Shown one piece after another: positions 1-8,262 of a DNA stretch of 36,870 bases (positions are counted from its first letter, which is position 1; each line of letters starts with the position of its first letter). The notes under the pieces are model-generated. The model was not told the DNA's origin and did no database searches. It saw only the letters and a list, made by a program, of their open reading frames with translations. The translations under genes and the position numbers were made by a program. The stretch is taken from positions 1 to 36,870 of the forward strand of contig CBDUAW010000001.1 in the NCBI GenBank assembly GCA_965365215.1. Reading direction: 5' to 3'. This DNA comes from an uncultured Eudoraea sp. (GTDB taxonomy: Bacteria; Bacteroidota; Bacteroidia; Flavobacteriales; Flavobacteriaceae).

Positions 1-126
1 CCACGCTGAACAACCCGAAGTTTGATTTAAAGTATTATTTGTCAATATGTTAAAGACTTTCTTTCAATATAAAAGAAAAACCCGCCGGCTTCAGGATTTT
101 AACACGGGAAGACACACGTAAGTTCG

Positions 127-1029
127 CTAAGCGTCCCCAAGACCTGGTTTAGGGCGTTTGCTAACCAGGTAAACCCCTATTAAAACCAGGGTGGCAGCTC
201 CTATTTTCACGGGGGAAAGGGAATCGCGTCCGGTAACGATCGCAAACAGGATCCCTATTAAAGGTTGAAGGTAAACAAAGGCACTTACGGTTGACGCCTT
301 TAATTGGGTAAGGGCATAGGCATTAAAGAGGTAGGTGCAAAAAGTAGTTCCAATTACAACAAAGCCCATTTTCCAGATGGCCTCAAAGGGAAGTGTACCC
401 CATGAAACATCCACAAATTCTGAAATAGTTATGGGAAAGTTTAAGAATAACCCTATCAGGAAAAGCCATTTCATCAGGGTGAAAGGATGATAACGTTCCA
501 CCAATTTTTTTACCAGAATAAGGTATAATGCAAAAAACAAAGCATTTACCAAAAACAAAAGGTTTCCGAGGGGAATATTAGGGGCATCACCTCTAATCTC
601 GTTTCCGTAGAGGACTAAAATTAACGCCCCGGCCAGACCAATTAAAATTCCCAACCCCTTCATTAAACGAATCCGTTCTTCAATTAGGAATGCCGATAAT
701 ACCACTACAATTATGGGTGTGGTAGTGACTAAAACAGAACTATTAATTGGCGTGGATAAATCGAGTCCTTTAAAAAAAGCAAGCATATTGATCGCCATGC
801 CAAATAGCGAGCACAAGAGTATTCGTCCCCAGTCTTCCTTTTGTATTTTCTCTTTTGGAATTAAAAGGGAGATCCCCCAAAAAAGGGCTGTAGCACCTAA
901 AACCCGCAATAAGATGAATCCAAAAGGACCAATATAATTAGGCATCACCCCTTTGGCAATCGTATGGTTAAGGCCGTAAATGGTAGTAGCCCCAAAGGCG
1001 GCGAGTATGGCCAGGGTTCGTTTGTTCAA
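127..1029 (-). CDS. EamA/DMT family inner-membrane transporter
   Basis: 300 aa with about 10 hydrophobic segments in two repeated halves; EamA-like motifs (LLRVLGA, TTTPIIVVVLS...ER, YLQPLIG). Confidence 0.9.
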   Translation of the reverse strand: MNKRTLAILAAFGATTIYGLNHTIAKGVMPNYIGPFGFILLRVLGATALFWGISLLIPKEKIQKEDWGRILLCSLFGMAINMLAFFKGLDLSTPINSSVLVTTTPIIVVVLSAFLIEERIRLMKGLGILIGLAGALILVLYGNEIRGDAPNIPLGNLLFLVNALFFALYLILVKKLVERYHPFTLMKWLFLIGLFLNFPITISEFVDVSWGTLPFEAIWKMGFVVIGTTFCTYLFNAYALTQLKASTVSAFVYLQPLIGILFAIVTGRDSLSPVKIGAATLVLIGVYLVSKRPKPGLGDA

Positions 1030-1379
1030 ATCGTTAACTTTTCTTTGGCTGCTTCGATGGTCTTTTTACTGTTCCCGATAAATATCTGTTCGCCCAGAAC
1101 TATTACTGGTCTTTTAAGAAAGGTATAGTGCTCAAGGATCAGCTTTTTGTAATCTTCTTCCCCCAGTTTCTTGTCTTTCAGATTTCTCTCTTTGTAGAGC
1201 CTGGCCCTTTTACTAAAAAGTGCTTCGTAGCTTCCAGCAAGGGTTTTTAAGTAATGCAGTTGATCTACCGAAACGGGGTCTTTTTTTATGTCCTGCAGTG
1301 TAATACTGCTTGGCACTTTCAATTCCTTTAGTATCCTACTACAGGTATCGCATGTACTTAAATAATAGATCGTATTCAT
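1026..1379 (-). CDS. ArsC/Spx/YffB-family thioredoxin-fold protein
   Basis: 117 aa; N-terminal CDTC (CxxC) and C-terminal LKRPVI motif; overlaps the downstream EamA start by 4 nt. Confidence 0.85.
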   Translation of the reverse strand: MNTIYYLSTCDTCSRILKELKVPSSITLQDIKKDPVSVDQLHYLKTLAGSYEALFSKRARLYKERNLKDKKLGEEDYKKLILEHYTFLKRPVIVLGEQIFIGNSKKTIEAAKEKLTI

Positions 1380-1456
1380 TTTTGTTAGCTAAAGAAGTAA
1401 ACAAAGAAACCTATTTATCAGCAATTAATTTGCTTTATCAAAACAATACTAGCTGC

Positions 1457-2221
1457 TCAAGGCTTAATTTTTTTTGAAATAAAGGGACTGGCCTCATCAA
1501 ACGGGATGGTCAGGTCTATTGGGCCATCCGCATAGGAGGCCACTTCATAAGGATTATAGTACAGCCGTAAGCCCTGCTCTGTAATTCCAACATTCTCGGG
1601 AAGACTGAAATAATTATTCTCGAACATAAATCCGGTACTGTTAATCTTTGTCTCCCCGGGGATTCTATGCTTGTCCCTGAAGCTGCGTTCAGCAAGCTGC
1701 TCAAAGCCAGAATAATCACGAAACATTTCCCTAACCTCCATGGCCTTTCCACTACGCTTATCAAAATTTAAATAACGTATCGCATCAAAACCGTGCGCAC
1801 CTCCTGTAAACAAATAAGTGTGAATTTCCACGCAAACAACCCTTTTGTTTTCAAATACGATTGATGCCTCTATCCTGGCTTCCCAGGGGATGGTCTCTAC
1901 CGGGGAAAAGTCCTGAAATTCTAAATAGGCCTCACGAAAGGAGGCCACCGCTTCGTCTATGGACGGTGTTTTTTTAATTTCTTCAAAAGTGAGTTGTTCC
2001 GCAACCATTTCTTTAATAGCTTCATTTAAGCGGTTGCTCGCCTTATTGGTCCCCGTGGCTTCGGGGATTTGGATAGATATTTGTGGACAGCCACTGCAGG
2101 CTTCCTCATTATTATAGTTAAAGGTCCCGAATTTTAATTCTTGGTTGTTTTGGCAACCTATTAGGAGAAATACCACTAGAAGGTAAAAGAGGGTAATTTG
2201 TGGAATTGGCTTTAAATGCAT
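1457..2221 (-). CDS. DUF3298/DUF4163 (RsiV/PdaC-like) lipoprotein
   Basis: Lipobox LIGC after a hydrophobic stretch; FTGGAHG and YNPYEVASYADG motifs typical of this family. Confidence 0.8.
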   Translation of the reverse strand: MHLKPIPQITLFYLLVVFLLIGCQNNQELKFGTFNYNNEEACSGCPQISIQIPEATGTNKASNRLNEAIKEMVAEQLTFEEIKKTPSIDEAVASFREAYLEFQDFSPVETIPWEARIEASIVFENKRVVCVEIHTYLFTGGAHGFDAIRYLNFDKRSGKAMEVREMFRDYSGFEQLAERSFRDKHRIPGETKINSTGFMFENNYFSLPENVGITEQGLRLYYNPYEVASYADGPIDLTIPFDEASPFISKKIKP

Positions 2222-2225
2222 ATCA

Positions 2226-2233
2226 CAAATTTA
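2226..2233 (-). promoter_or_regulatory. Bacteroidota sigma70 -7 box (TAAATTTG) for the DUF3298 gene
   Basis: Exact TAnnTTTG match on the minus strand, ending 4 nt before the ATG at 2221. Confidence 0.55.
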
Positions 2234-2264
2234 TAGCTTCATTGTAATCTCCAAAAGATAACAA

Positions 2265-2272
2265 TACATTTG
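2265..2272 (+). promoter_or_regulatory. Bacteroidota sigma70 -7 box (TACATTTG)
   Basis: Exact TAnnTTTG match 18 nt upstream of the ATG at 2291. Confidence 0.65.
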
Positions 2273-2290
2273 TGACCATAAGTACAAAAT

Positions 2291-3445
2291 ATGAGTGAAA
2301 AAAAGTTGAAGTTTAATAGTAGGGTTATTCATGGTGGTCAGCAGCCGGATGAAGCCTATGGAGCGGTGATGCCACCTATTTATCAAACCTCTACCTATGC
2401 TCAGTCGAGTCCTGGGGCTCATAAAGGTTTTGAATATTCCCGGAGTGGAAATCCTACCAGGACAGCCCTGGAAAATTCACTGGCAAGTATTGAAAATGGC
2501 GTTTATGGTCTTGCATTTGCGAGTGGCCTTGCAGCAATTGATGCGGTAATTAAACTGCTAAATCCCGGAGATGAGGTTATATCAACCAATGATTTATACG
2601 GAGGCAGTTATCGGTTGTTCAGACAGGTATTCGAGAAGTATGGGCTCAAATTCCATTTTGTGGGAATGGAAGATCTTGCTGCCATAGAGAATAGTATCAA
2701 TAAAAACACCAGTTTGTTATGGGTAGAAACGCCCACTAACCCTATGATGAACGTTATAGACCTTAAGGCGGTTTCCAAAATAGCCAAAAAACACGGGTTG
2801 CTGCTGGCGGTTGATAATACATTTGCAACCCCCTACCTGCAGTTACCACTAGATATGGGGGCCGATATTGTAATGCACTCTGCTACCAAATACCTCGGGG
2901 GACATAGCGATGTTGTTGTTGGAGCCCTTGTTGTAAATGAAAAGTCGCTGGCAGACCAATTGTATTTTATTCAGAATGCCAGTGGTGCAGTATGTGGACC
3001 GATGGACAGCTTCCTGGTTCTTCGGGGCATAAAAACACTGCATGTGAGAATGCAAAGGCATTGCGAAAATGGTAAGGTCGTGGCAGCGTATTTAAAAAAC
3101 CATCCTAAGGTGGAGAAGGTTTTCTGGCCAGGCTTTGAGGATCATCCCGGCTACGCTACGGCCAGCTCTCAGATGAAAGATTTTGGGGGGATGATTTCTT
3201 TTATACCCAAAACGGCCACTTATGAAGAAGCTGTTAGGATCGTTGAAAAATTCAGGGTATTCACCCTGGCAGAATCTCTTGGGGGAGTGGAGAGCCTGGC
3301 TGGCCATCCGGCAAGCATGACCCATGCAAGTATCCCCAAAGAAGAGCGCGAAAAAAGCGGGGTCGTAGATGCACTGATCCGCCTAAGTGTGGGAATTGAA
3401 GATGCAGAAGATCTTCTTGCTGATCTGGAGCAGGCCATTTCGTAG
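2291..3445 (+). CDS. Cystathionine gamma-synthase/gamma-lyase (Cys/Met metabolism PLP-dependent enzyme)
   Basis: YSRSGNPTR, ETPTNP, DNTF, PLP-lysine motif HSATKYLGGHSD, SLGGVESL, IRLSVGIE. Synthase and lyase cannot be separated by eye. Confidence 0.93.
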   Translation: MSEKKLKFNSRVIHGGQQPDEAYGAVMPPIYQTSTYAQSSPGAHKGFEYSRSGNPTRTALENSLASIENGVYGLAFASGLAAIDAVIKLLNPGDEVISTNDLYGGSYRLFRQVFEKYGLKFHFVGMEDLAAIENSINKNTSLLWVETPTNPMMNVIDLKAVSKIAKKHGLLLAVDNTFATPYLQLPLDMGADIVMHSATKYLGGHSDVVVGALVVNEKSLADQLYFIQNASGAVCGPMDSFLVLRGIKTLHVRMQRHCENGKVVAAYLKNHPKVEKVFWPGFEDHPGYATASSQMKDFGGMISFIPKTATYEEAVRIVEKFRVFTLAESLGGVESLAGHPASMTHASIPKEEREKSGVVDALIRLSVGIEDAEDLLADLEQAIS

Positions 3446-3494
3446 ATAATTATCAAATTTCTAAAATAATAGGGGTGAAATTATATAAATAATA

Positions 3495-3502
3495 TAATTT
3501 TG
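3495..3502 (+). promoter_or_regulatory. Bacteroidota sigma70 -7 box (TAATTTTG) for gdhA
   Basis: Exact TAnnTTTG match in the AT-rich intergenic region before 3549. Confidence 0.6.
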
Positions 3503-3548
3503 CCCTTAAATTTTAAAATCGATAAAATCGCAGCAAATATTTAGCCAG

Positions 3549-4892
3549 ATGGAAGAAATAATCAACAATTTTATGGAAGAGGTTCGAACCCGGAATGGGC
3601 ATGAACCAGAATTTATTCAAGCCGTTCAGGAAGTAGCCGAAACGGTTATCCCATATATTACCGAGAATGAGATCTACTACGGGAAAAATATCCTGTTGAG
3701 GATGGTAGAACCTGAGCGTTTAGTTTCCTTCCGCGTTGCCTGGGTTGACGATGATGGTGAAATTCATGTAAACAGGGGATATAGAATTCAGATGAATTCG
3801 GCCATTGGACCTTACAAGGGAGGGCTTCGGTTTCACCCTTCTGTGAATGCAAGTATTCTAAAATTTCTGGCTTTTGAGCAGGTATTTAAAAATAGCCTAA
3901 CCACATTACCTATGGGTGGTGGAAAGGGAGGATCTGACTTTGACCCCAAGGGGAAATCAGATGATGAAGTGATGCGCTTTTGCCACGCCTTTATGACTGA
4001 ATTGTGTAGGCATATTGGACCAAATACCGATGTTCCTGCAGGAGATATTGGCGTTGGTGCAAGGGAAATAGGATTCCTGTTCGGGATGTACAAAAAGATA
4101 CGAAATGAGTTCACCGGGGTACTGACCGGGAAAGGACTTTCCTGGGGAGGTTCCAAGATCAGGCCTGAGGCAACAGGCTATGGAACGGTCTATTTTGCGC
4201 AGAGTATGCTAAAAACTCAGGATGAAGAAATAGAAGGAAAACGAGTGGTTATCTCAGGATCGGGAAATGTTGCTCAGTTTGCAGCAGAAAAAGTTCTTCA
4301 ACTTGGCGGGAAAGTAATCACCCTCTCTGATTCTGGCGGGTATATCGTGGATGAAGATGGAATTGATGAGGAAAAACTTGCCTTTGTAATGGATTTAAAG
4401 AATAACAAAAGAGGTAGGATATCCGAATATGTAGATAAATATTCAAACGCAAAATTCCATAAAGGGAGTACTCCCTGGGGTGAAAAATGCGATATTGCCC
4501 TGCCATGTGCCACACAGAATGAACTGGATGGTGAGGGGGCAAAAAAATTGATAAAAAACGGCTGTATCTGCGTTGCTGAAGGGGCCAATATGCCCTCTAC
4601 TCCCAAAGCCATCCATGCTTTTCATGATGCAAAAATACTCTTCGCTCCCGGGAAGGCTTCAAATGCCGGTGGAGTTGCCACCTCCGGGTTGGAGATGTCT
4701 CAAAACTCGCTTCGGATTAGCTGGACCAGGGAAGAAGTAGATGAAAGACTAAGAGGGATAATGGAAGATATCCATAGCTCCTGCCTGGAATATGGGATGG
4801 AAGATAACGGCTATTGTAACTATGTGAAAGGGGCCAATATTGCTGGTTTTGTGAAGGTCGCAGATGCCATGCTGGCTCAGGGGGTTATATAA
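3549..4892 (+). CDS. gdhA: NAD(P)-specific glutamate dehydrogenase
   Basis: GPYKGGLRFHPSV, PMGGGKGGSDF, DVPAGDIGVG, RPEATGYG, SGSGNVAQ, NAGGVATS; 447 aa. Confidence 0.97.
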   Translation: MEEIINNFMEEVRTRNGHEPEFIQAVQEVAETVIPYITENEIYYGKNILLRMVEPERLVSFRVAWVDDDGEIHVNRGYRIQMNSAIGPYKGGLRFHPSVNASILKFLAFEQVFKNSLTTLPMGGGKGGSDFDPKGKSDDEVMRFCHAFMTELCRHIGPNTDVPAGDIGVGAREIGFLFGMYKKIRNEFTGVLTGKGLSWGGSKIRPEATGYGTVYFAQSMLKTQDEEIEGKRVVISGSGNVAQFAAEKVLQLGGKVITLSDSGGYIVDEDGIDEEKLAFVMDLKNNKRGRISEYVDKYSNAKFHKGSTPWGEKCDIALPCATQNELDGEGAKKLIKNGCICVAEGANMPSTPKAIHAFHDAKILFAPGKASNAGGVATSGLEMSQNSLRISWTREEVDERLRGIMEDIHSSCLEYGMEDNGYCNYVKGANIAGFVKVADAMLAQGVI

Positions 4893-4973
4893 ATACTGTT
4901 TATTATGGGGGCAGATGGCAGACAAAGTGCTGGGGTCTGCACCATAACTGTATTTGAAATACGCACACTACCC

Positions 4974-4981
4974 TATCTTTG
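4974..4981 (+). promoter_or_regulatory. Bacteroidota sigma70 -7 box (TATCTTTG) for recO and the TonB receptor
   Basis: Exact TAnnTTTG match. It contains the TTG the ORF track used as a start, which supports ATG 5000 as the true start. Confidence 0.65.
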
Positions 4982-4999
4982 CATCAAATCTTTTCTGGG

Positions 5000-5719
5000 A
5001 TGCAAGTAAAAACCAAGGCCATTGTTTTATCTTCCCTTAAGTATGGGGATACGAGCCTTATTGTGAAAGCATATACCGCTTCAGATGGCCTAAAATCATA
5101 CTTACTCAAGGGCGTATTCTCATCCCGAAGAGGGAAATTGAAGGTGGCTCAGTTTCAGCCTTTGACCCAGCTGGAAATTGTTGCTGTTCATAAGAACAAG
5201 GGCACTCTTGAGCGAATAAGGGAGGCCAAGGTTGTTTATCCTTATAATTCCATACATTCTGAAATAGCCAAAAATGCCATTACCCTCTTTTTATCAGAAA
5301 TCCTGGTGAACAGTATTCAGGAAGAACAACCCCAACCAGATCTTTTCCAATTCATAGAGCATGCTTTGCAGTGGTTAGACGCACACAATGAATGTTCAAA
5401 CTTTCATTTATACTTTCTCTTATCGCTCACCAGATACCTTGGCTTCTATCCAGACACATCTCAATTTGAATCGCCATATTTTGATTTGGTTGAAGGGGAG
5501 TTTACCTCTGTACCAACGTTGAACCCTAATCTTTCAGATAGGGATCTGGATCTTTTCAAGAGTATTTTGGGCACAAATTTTGATGCATTAGAAAGGATCA
5601 GATTGAATAAAAAAGACAGACAAAAGTTATTGGAAGCTATTGTGCAATATTTTGAATTACATTTGCACGGATTCAGAAAACCCAGGTCGCTTTCCATATT
5701 AAATCAAGTGTTCAGTTAG
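5000..5719 (+). CDS. recO: DNA repair protein RecO
   Basis: N-terminal OB fold (TKAIVL..KYGDTSLIV, FQPLTQLE) and helical domain (LTRYLGFYP). Start moved from TTG 4979 to ATG 5000. Confidence 0.93.
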   Translation: MQVKTKAIVLSSLKYGDTSLIVKAYTASDGLKSYLLKGVFSSRRGKLKVAQFQPLTQLEIVAVHKNKGTLERIREAKVVYPYNSIHSEIAKNAITLFLSEILVNSIQEEQPQPDLFQFIEHALQWLDAHNECSNFHLYFLLSLTRYLGFYPDTSQFESPYFDLVEGEFTSVPTLNPNLSDRDLDLFKSILGTNFDALERIRLNKKDRQKLLEAIVQYFELHLHGFRKPRSLSILNQVFS

Positions 5720-5720
5720 T

Positions 5721-8132
5721 ATGCGTAAGGTCTATTTCCTTATTGTTTTCCTTGTTGTCCAAATTGTGTCTTCCCAGGAGATACGTATTTTGGACCTGGA
5801 CACCAATGAACCCATCGGCAATGTGGTTGCCTACAATACGGACAAATCAAAAACCTCGTTATCGGACCTCAATGGTATCTGCGACCTCTCGGTCTTTTCC
5901 CGGACAGAAAGAATCACCTTCAGACATTTAAGCTATTTAACCTACAGGACTACCAAAGCCCAAATTCTGAAAAAAGGAAATACCCTATCCCTAACAATCA
6001 ATCCCGAGGAACTCGATGAAGTAGTAATGTCCATTTCCAAATGGGAGCAGCAAAAAAAAGATATTCCACAGAAGATAGCTACCATAGATGCAAGAAGTAT
6101 AGCGTTCAACAACCCACAAACAGCTGCAGACCTGCTTCAGAACAGCGGTAAGGTTTACGTCCAGAAAAGTCAACTGGGCGGTGGCAGCCCAATGATCAGA
6201 GGGTTTGCAACCAACCGATTGCTCATTTCAGTAGATGGTGTACGGATGAACAATGCTATTTTCCGTGGGGGAAATATTCAGAACGTAATTTCTATTGATC
6301 CCTTTACCATTAAAAACTCAGAAGTAATTTTTGGTCCAGGATCTGTAATATATGGGAGTGATGCAATTGGGGGAGTGATGAATTTCTTTACCAAAAAACC
6401 AATATTTGCCGATGATGATGATAGCTGGTTTTCAGGGAATACCACATACCGGCATGCCACGGCTAATAATGAAAACACCCTTCATCTGGATGTGAATTAC
6501 GGGAAAAAAGAATGGGCATTTTTGTCGAGCGTTTCTTACAACAATTTTGGGGATTTAAAGATGGGGGTACACGGTGACGATTCCTATTTGCGAACCAATT
6601 ATGTAGTAACAAATAACGGCACAGATGAATTGATAACCAATGATGATCCCAGGATTCAGGTACCAACAGGATACGATCAGCTCAACCTAATGCAAAAAAT
6701 AGCGTATAAACCCAATAGCAATTGGAGTTATGATCTTGGACTGTATTATTCCGGAACCTCGGATTTTGCCCGATATGACCGATTGATAAGACCAAATATT
6801 GATGGCACAGGATTGCGGTCGGCAGAATGGTTTTACGGCCCTCAGGAATGGTTTATGGGCAATATGCAAATCTTTAAAAAAGGAAGGGGTAAATTTTATG
6901 ACGGGGTGAAGCTTACTACGGCTATTCAACGGTTTAAGGAAAGCAGGAACGAACGCGATTTTGGCGATCCCGTCAGGTTTGCATCCGACGAAAAAGTAAA
7001 TGCCATCTCTGCTAATCTGGATTTCGAAAATAAAAAAATTGGTGACTTGAGGTTGTACTACGGTACGGAATATGTTTTTAACAAGGTCCACTCCACAGGG
7101 ACGCAAACCAATATCAGTACTGAGGAAGTTTCTGATGCACCTTCCAGGTACCCGGATGGGGCCACCTGGCAAACCCTGGCCGGGTATTTAAATACCGAAT
7201 ACAAGTTAAAACCGAATTTCACCTTGCTTTCTGGAGTGAGGTATAGCCACGTGTGGGCAAATGCCACTTTTAATACTACTTTTTATCCTTTTCCCTTTGA
7301 CAAAGCCTCTCTCAGTAATGGAGCCTTAACCGGAAGTATGGGCTTTAGTTGGTTCCCCAAAGCGGATATTCAGATTACACTTAACGGTTCTACAGGTTTC
7401 AGATCCCCTAATATTGATGATATAGGAAAGGTTTTTGATTCCGAACCCGGCGCTGTTGTTGTGCCCAATCCCGATTTAGAACCCGAATATGCCTATAATG
7501 CGGAATTAGGATTGCGAAAAAACTTCAAGGATTTATTGGTTGTGCGGGGGGCAGCCTTTTATACTTATTTGGTTGATGCCCTTGTGCGTCGTGATTTTCA
7601 GTTTAATGGGGAGTCTGAGATAGTTTATAATGGGGAATTAAGCAATGTACAGGCAATTCAGAATGCCGCCAAGGCTTATGTTTATGGATTTGAATTTGGC
7701 TTGGAGGCGTTCTTTTCAGAGCACTGGTCGGCTGAGGCTAACCTAACACTGACCGAAGGGGTTGAAGAAGACCAGGATGGGGTAGATACGCCAGCCAGGC
7801 ACGTTGCACCTACTTTTGGGGACCTGCACCTCAAATGGAAGAACCAAAGGCTGATTACAGATTTGTTTTTGAATTTTAACGGGGAGATCGTCTTTGATGA
7901 TTTGGCGCTTTCTGAAAGAAATAAGGCATTTATCTATGCTGCTGACACCAATGGCAATCCGTATTCCCCCTCATGGTATACCTTAAATTTAAGATCCCAG
8001 TTTCAAATAAGCAAGTCCCTGAAAACCAACCTGATAATGGAGAATATTACCAACCAACGTTACCGTACGTATTCTTCTGGAATTGTTGCGCCGGGATTTA
8101 ATCTGATTTTGGGCGTATCCTATAAGTTTTAA
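5721..8132 (+). CDS. TonB-dependent outer-membrane receptor
   Basis: Signal peptide, LDEVVMS TonB-box-like segment, plug (SPMIRG, GPGSVIYGSDAIGGVMN), FRSP...NPDL motifs, C-terminal YKF. Confidence 0.92.
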   Translation: MRKVYFLIVFLVVQIVSSQEIRILDLDTNEPIGNVVAYNTDKSKTSLSDLNGICDLSVFSRTERITFRHLSYLTYRTTKAQILKKGNTLSLTINPEELDEVVMSISKWEQQKKDIPQKIATIDARSIAFNNPQTAADLLQNSGKVYVQKSQLGGGSPMIRGFATNRLLISVDGVRMNNAIFRGGNIQNVISIDPFTIKNSEVIFGPGSVIYGSDAIGGVMNFFTKKPIFADDDDSWFSGNTTYRHATANNENTLHLDVNYGKKEWAFLSSVSYNNFGDLKMGVHGDDSYLRTNYVVTNNGTDELITNDDPRIQVPTGYDQLNLMQKIAYKPNSNWSYDLGLYYSGTSDFARYDRLIRPNIDGTGLRSAEWFYGPQEWFMGNMQIFKKGRGKFYDGVKLTTAIQRFKESRNERDFGDPVRFASDEKVNAISANLDFENKKIGDLRLYYGTEYVFNKVHSTGTQTNISTEEVSDAPSRYPDGATWQTLAGYLNTEYKLKPNFTLLSGVRYSHVWANATFNTTFYPFPFDKASLSNGALTGSMGFSWFPKADIQITLNGSTGFRSPNIDDIGKVFDSEPGAVVVPNPDLEPEYAYNAELGLRKNFKDLLVVRGAAFYTYLVDALVRRDFQFNGESEIVYNGELSNVQAIQNAAKAYVYGFEFGLEAFFSEHWSAEANLTLTEGVEEDQDGVDTPARHVAPTFGDLHLKWKNQRLITDLFLNFNGEIVFDDLALSERNKAFIYAADTNGNPYSPSWYTLNLRSQFQISKSLKTNLIMENITNQRYRTYSSGIVAPGFNLILGVSYKF

Positions 8133-8221
8133 GGAAATGCGATTTTTCGTTCAAGGCGGTATGGCCATGGAAATAAAGCATATCTATTAATAATTCCCCT
8201 AAGAAATCCATTGAAATTCCT

Positions 8222-8229
8222 TAATTTTG
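8222..8229 (+). promoter_or_regulatory. Bacteroidota sigma70 -7 box (TAATTTTG) for the ileS operon
   Basis: Exact TAnnTTTG match 33 nt upstream of the ileS ATG. Confidence 0.6.
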
Positions 8230-8262
8230 CTGCCTTAAAATGTATCATACTACGCTATTCTT

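Noticed and set aside
1-45. Minus-strand TTG-started frame running off the window (LTNNTLNQTSGCSAW)
   Set aside because: Only 15 codons visible, non-ATG start and no recognisable motif.
2231-2422. 63-aa minus-strand ORF across the divergent promoter
   Set aside because: Antisense to the PLP enzyme gene and runs through both promoter boxes.
4903-4947. Hairpin after gdhA as an intrinsic terminator
   Set aside because: Imperfect stem, large loop and no U tract.
4979-4999. TTG start for recO from the ORF track
   Set aside because: The TTG is part of the TATCTTTG promoter box; ATG 5000 fits better.
8133-8262. T-box riboswitch upstream of ileS
   Set aside because: Leader too short and no T-box consensus or terminator.
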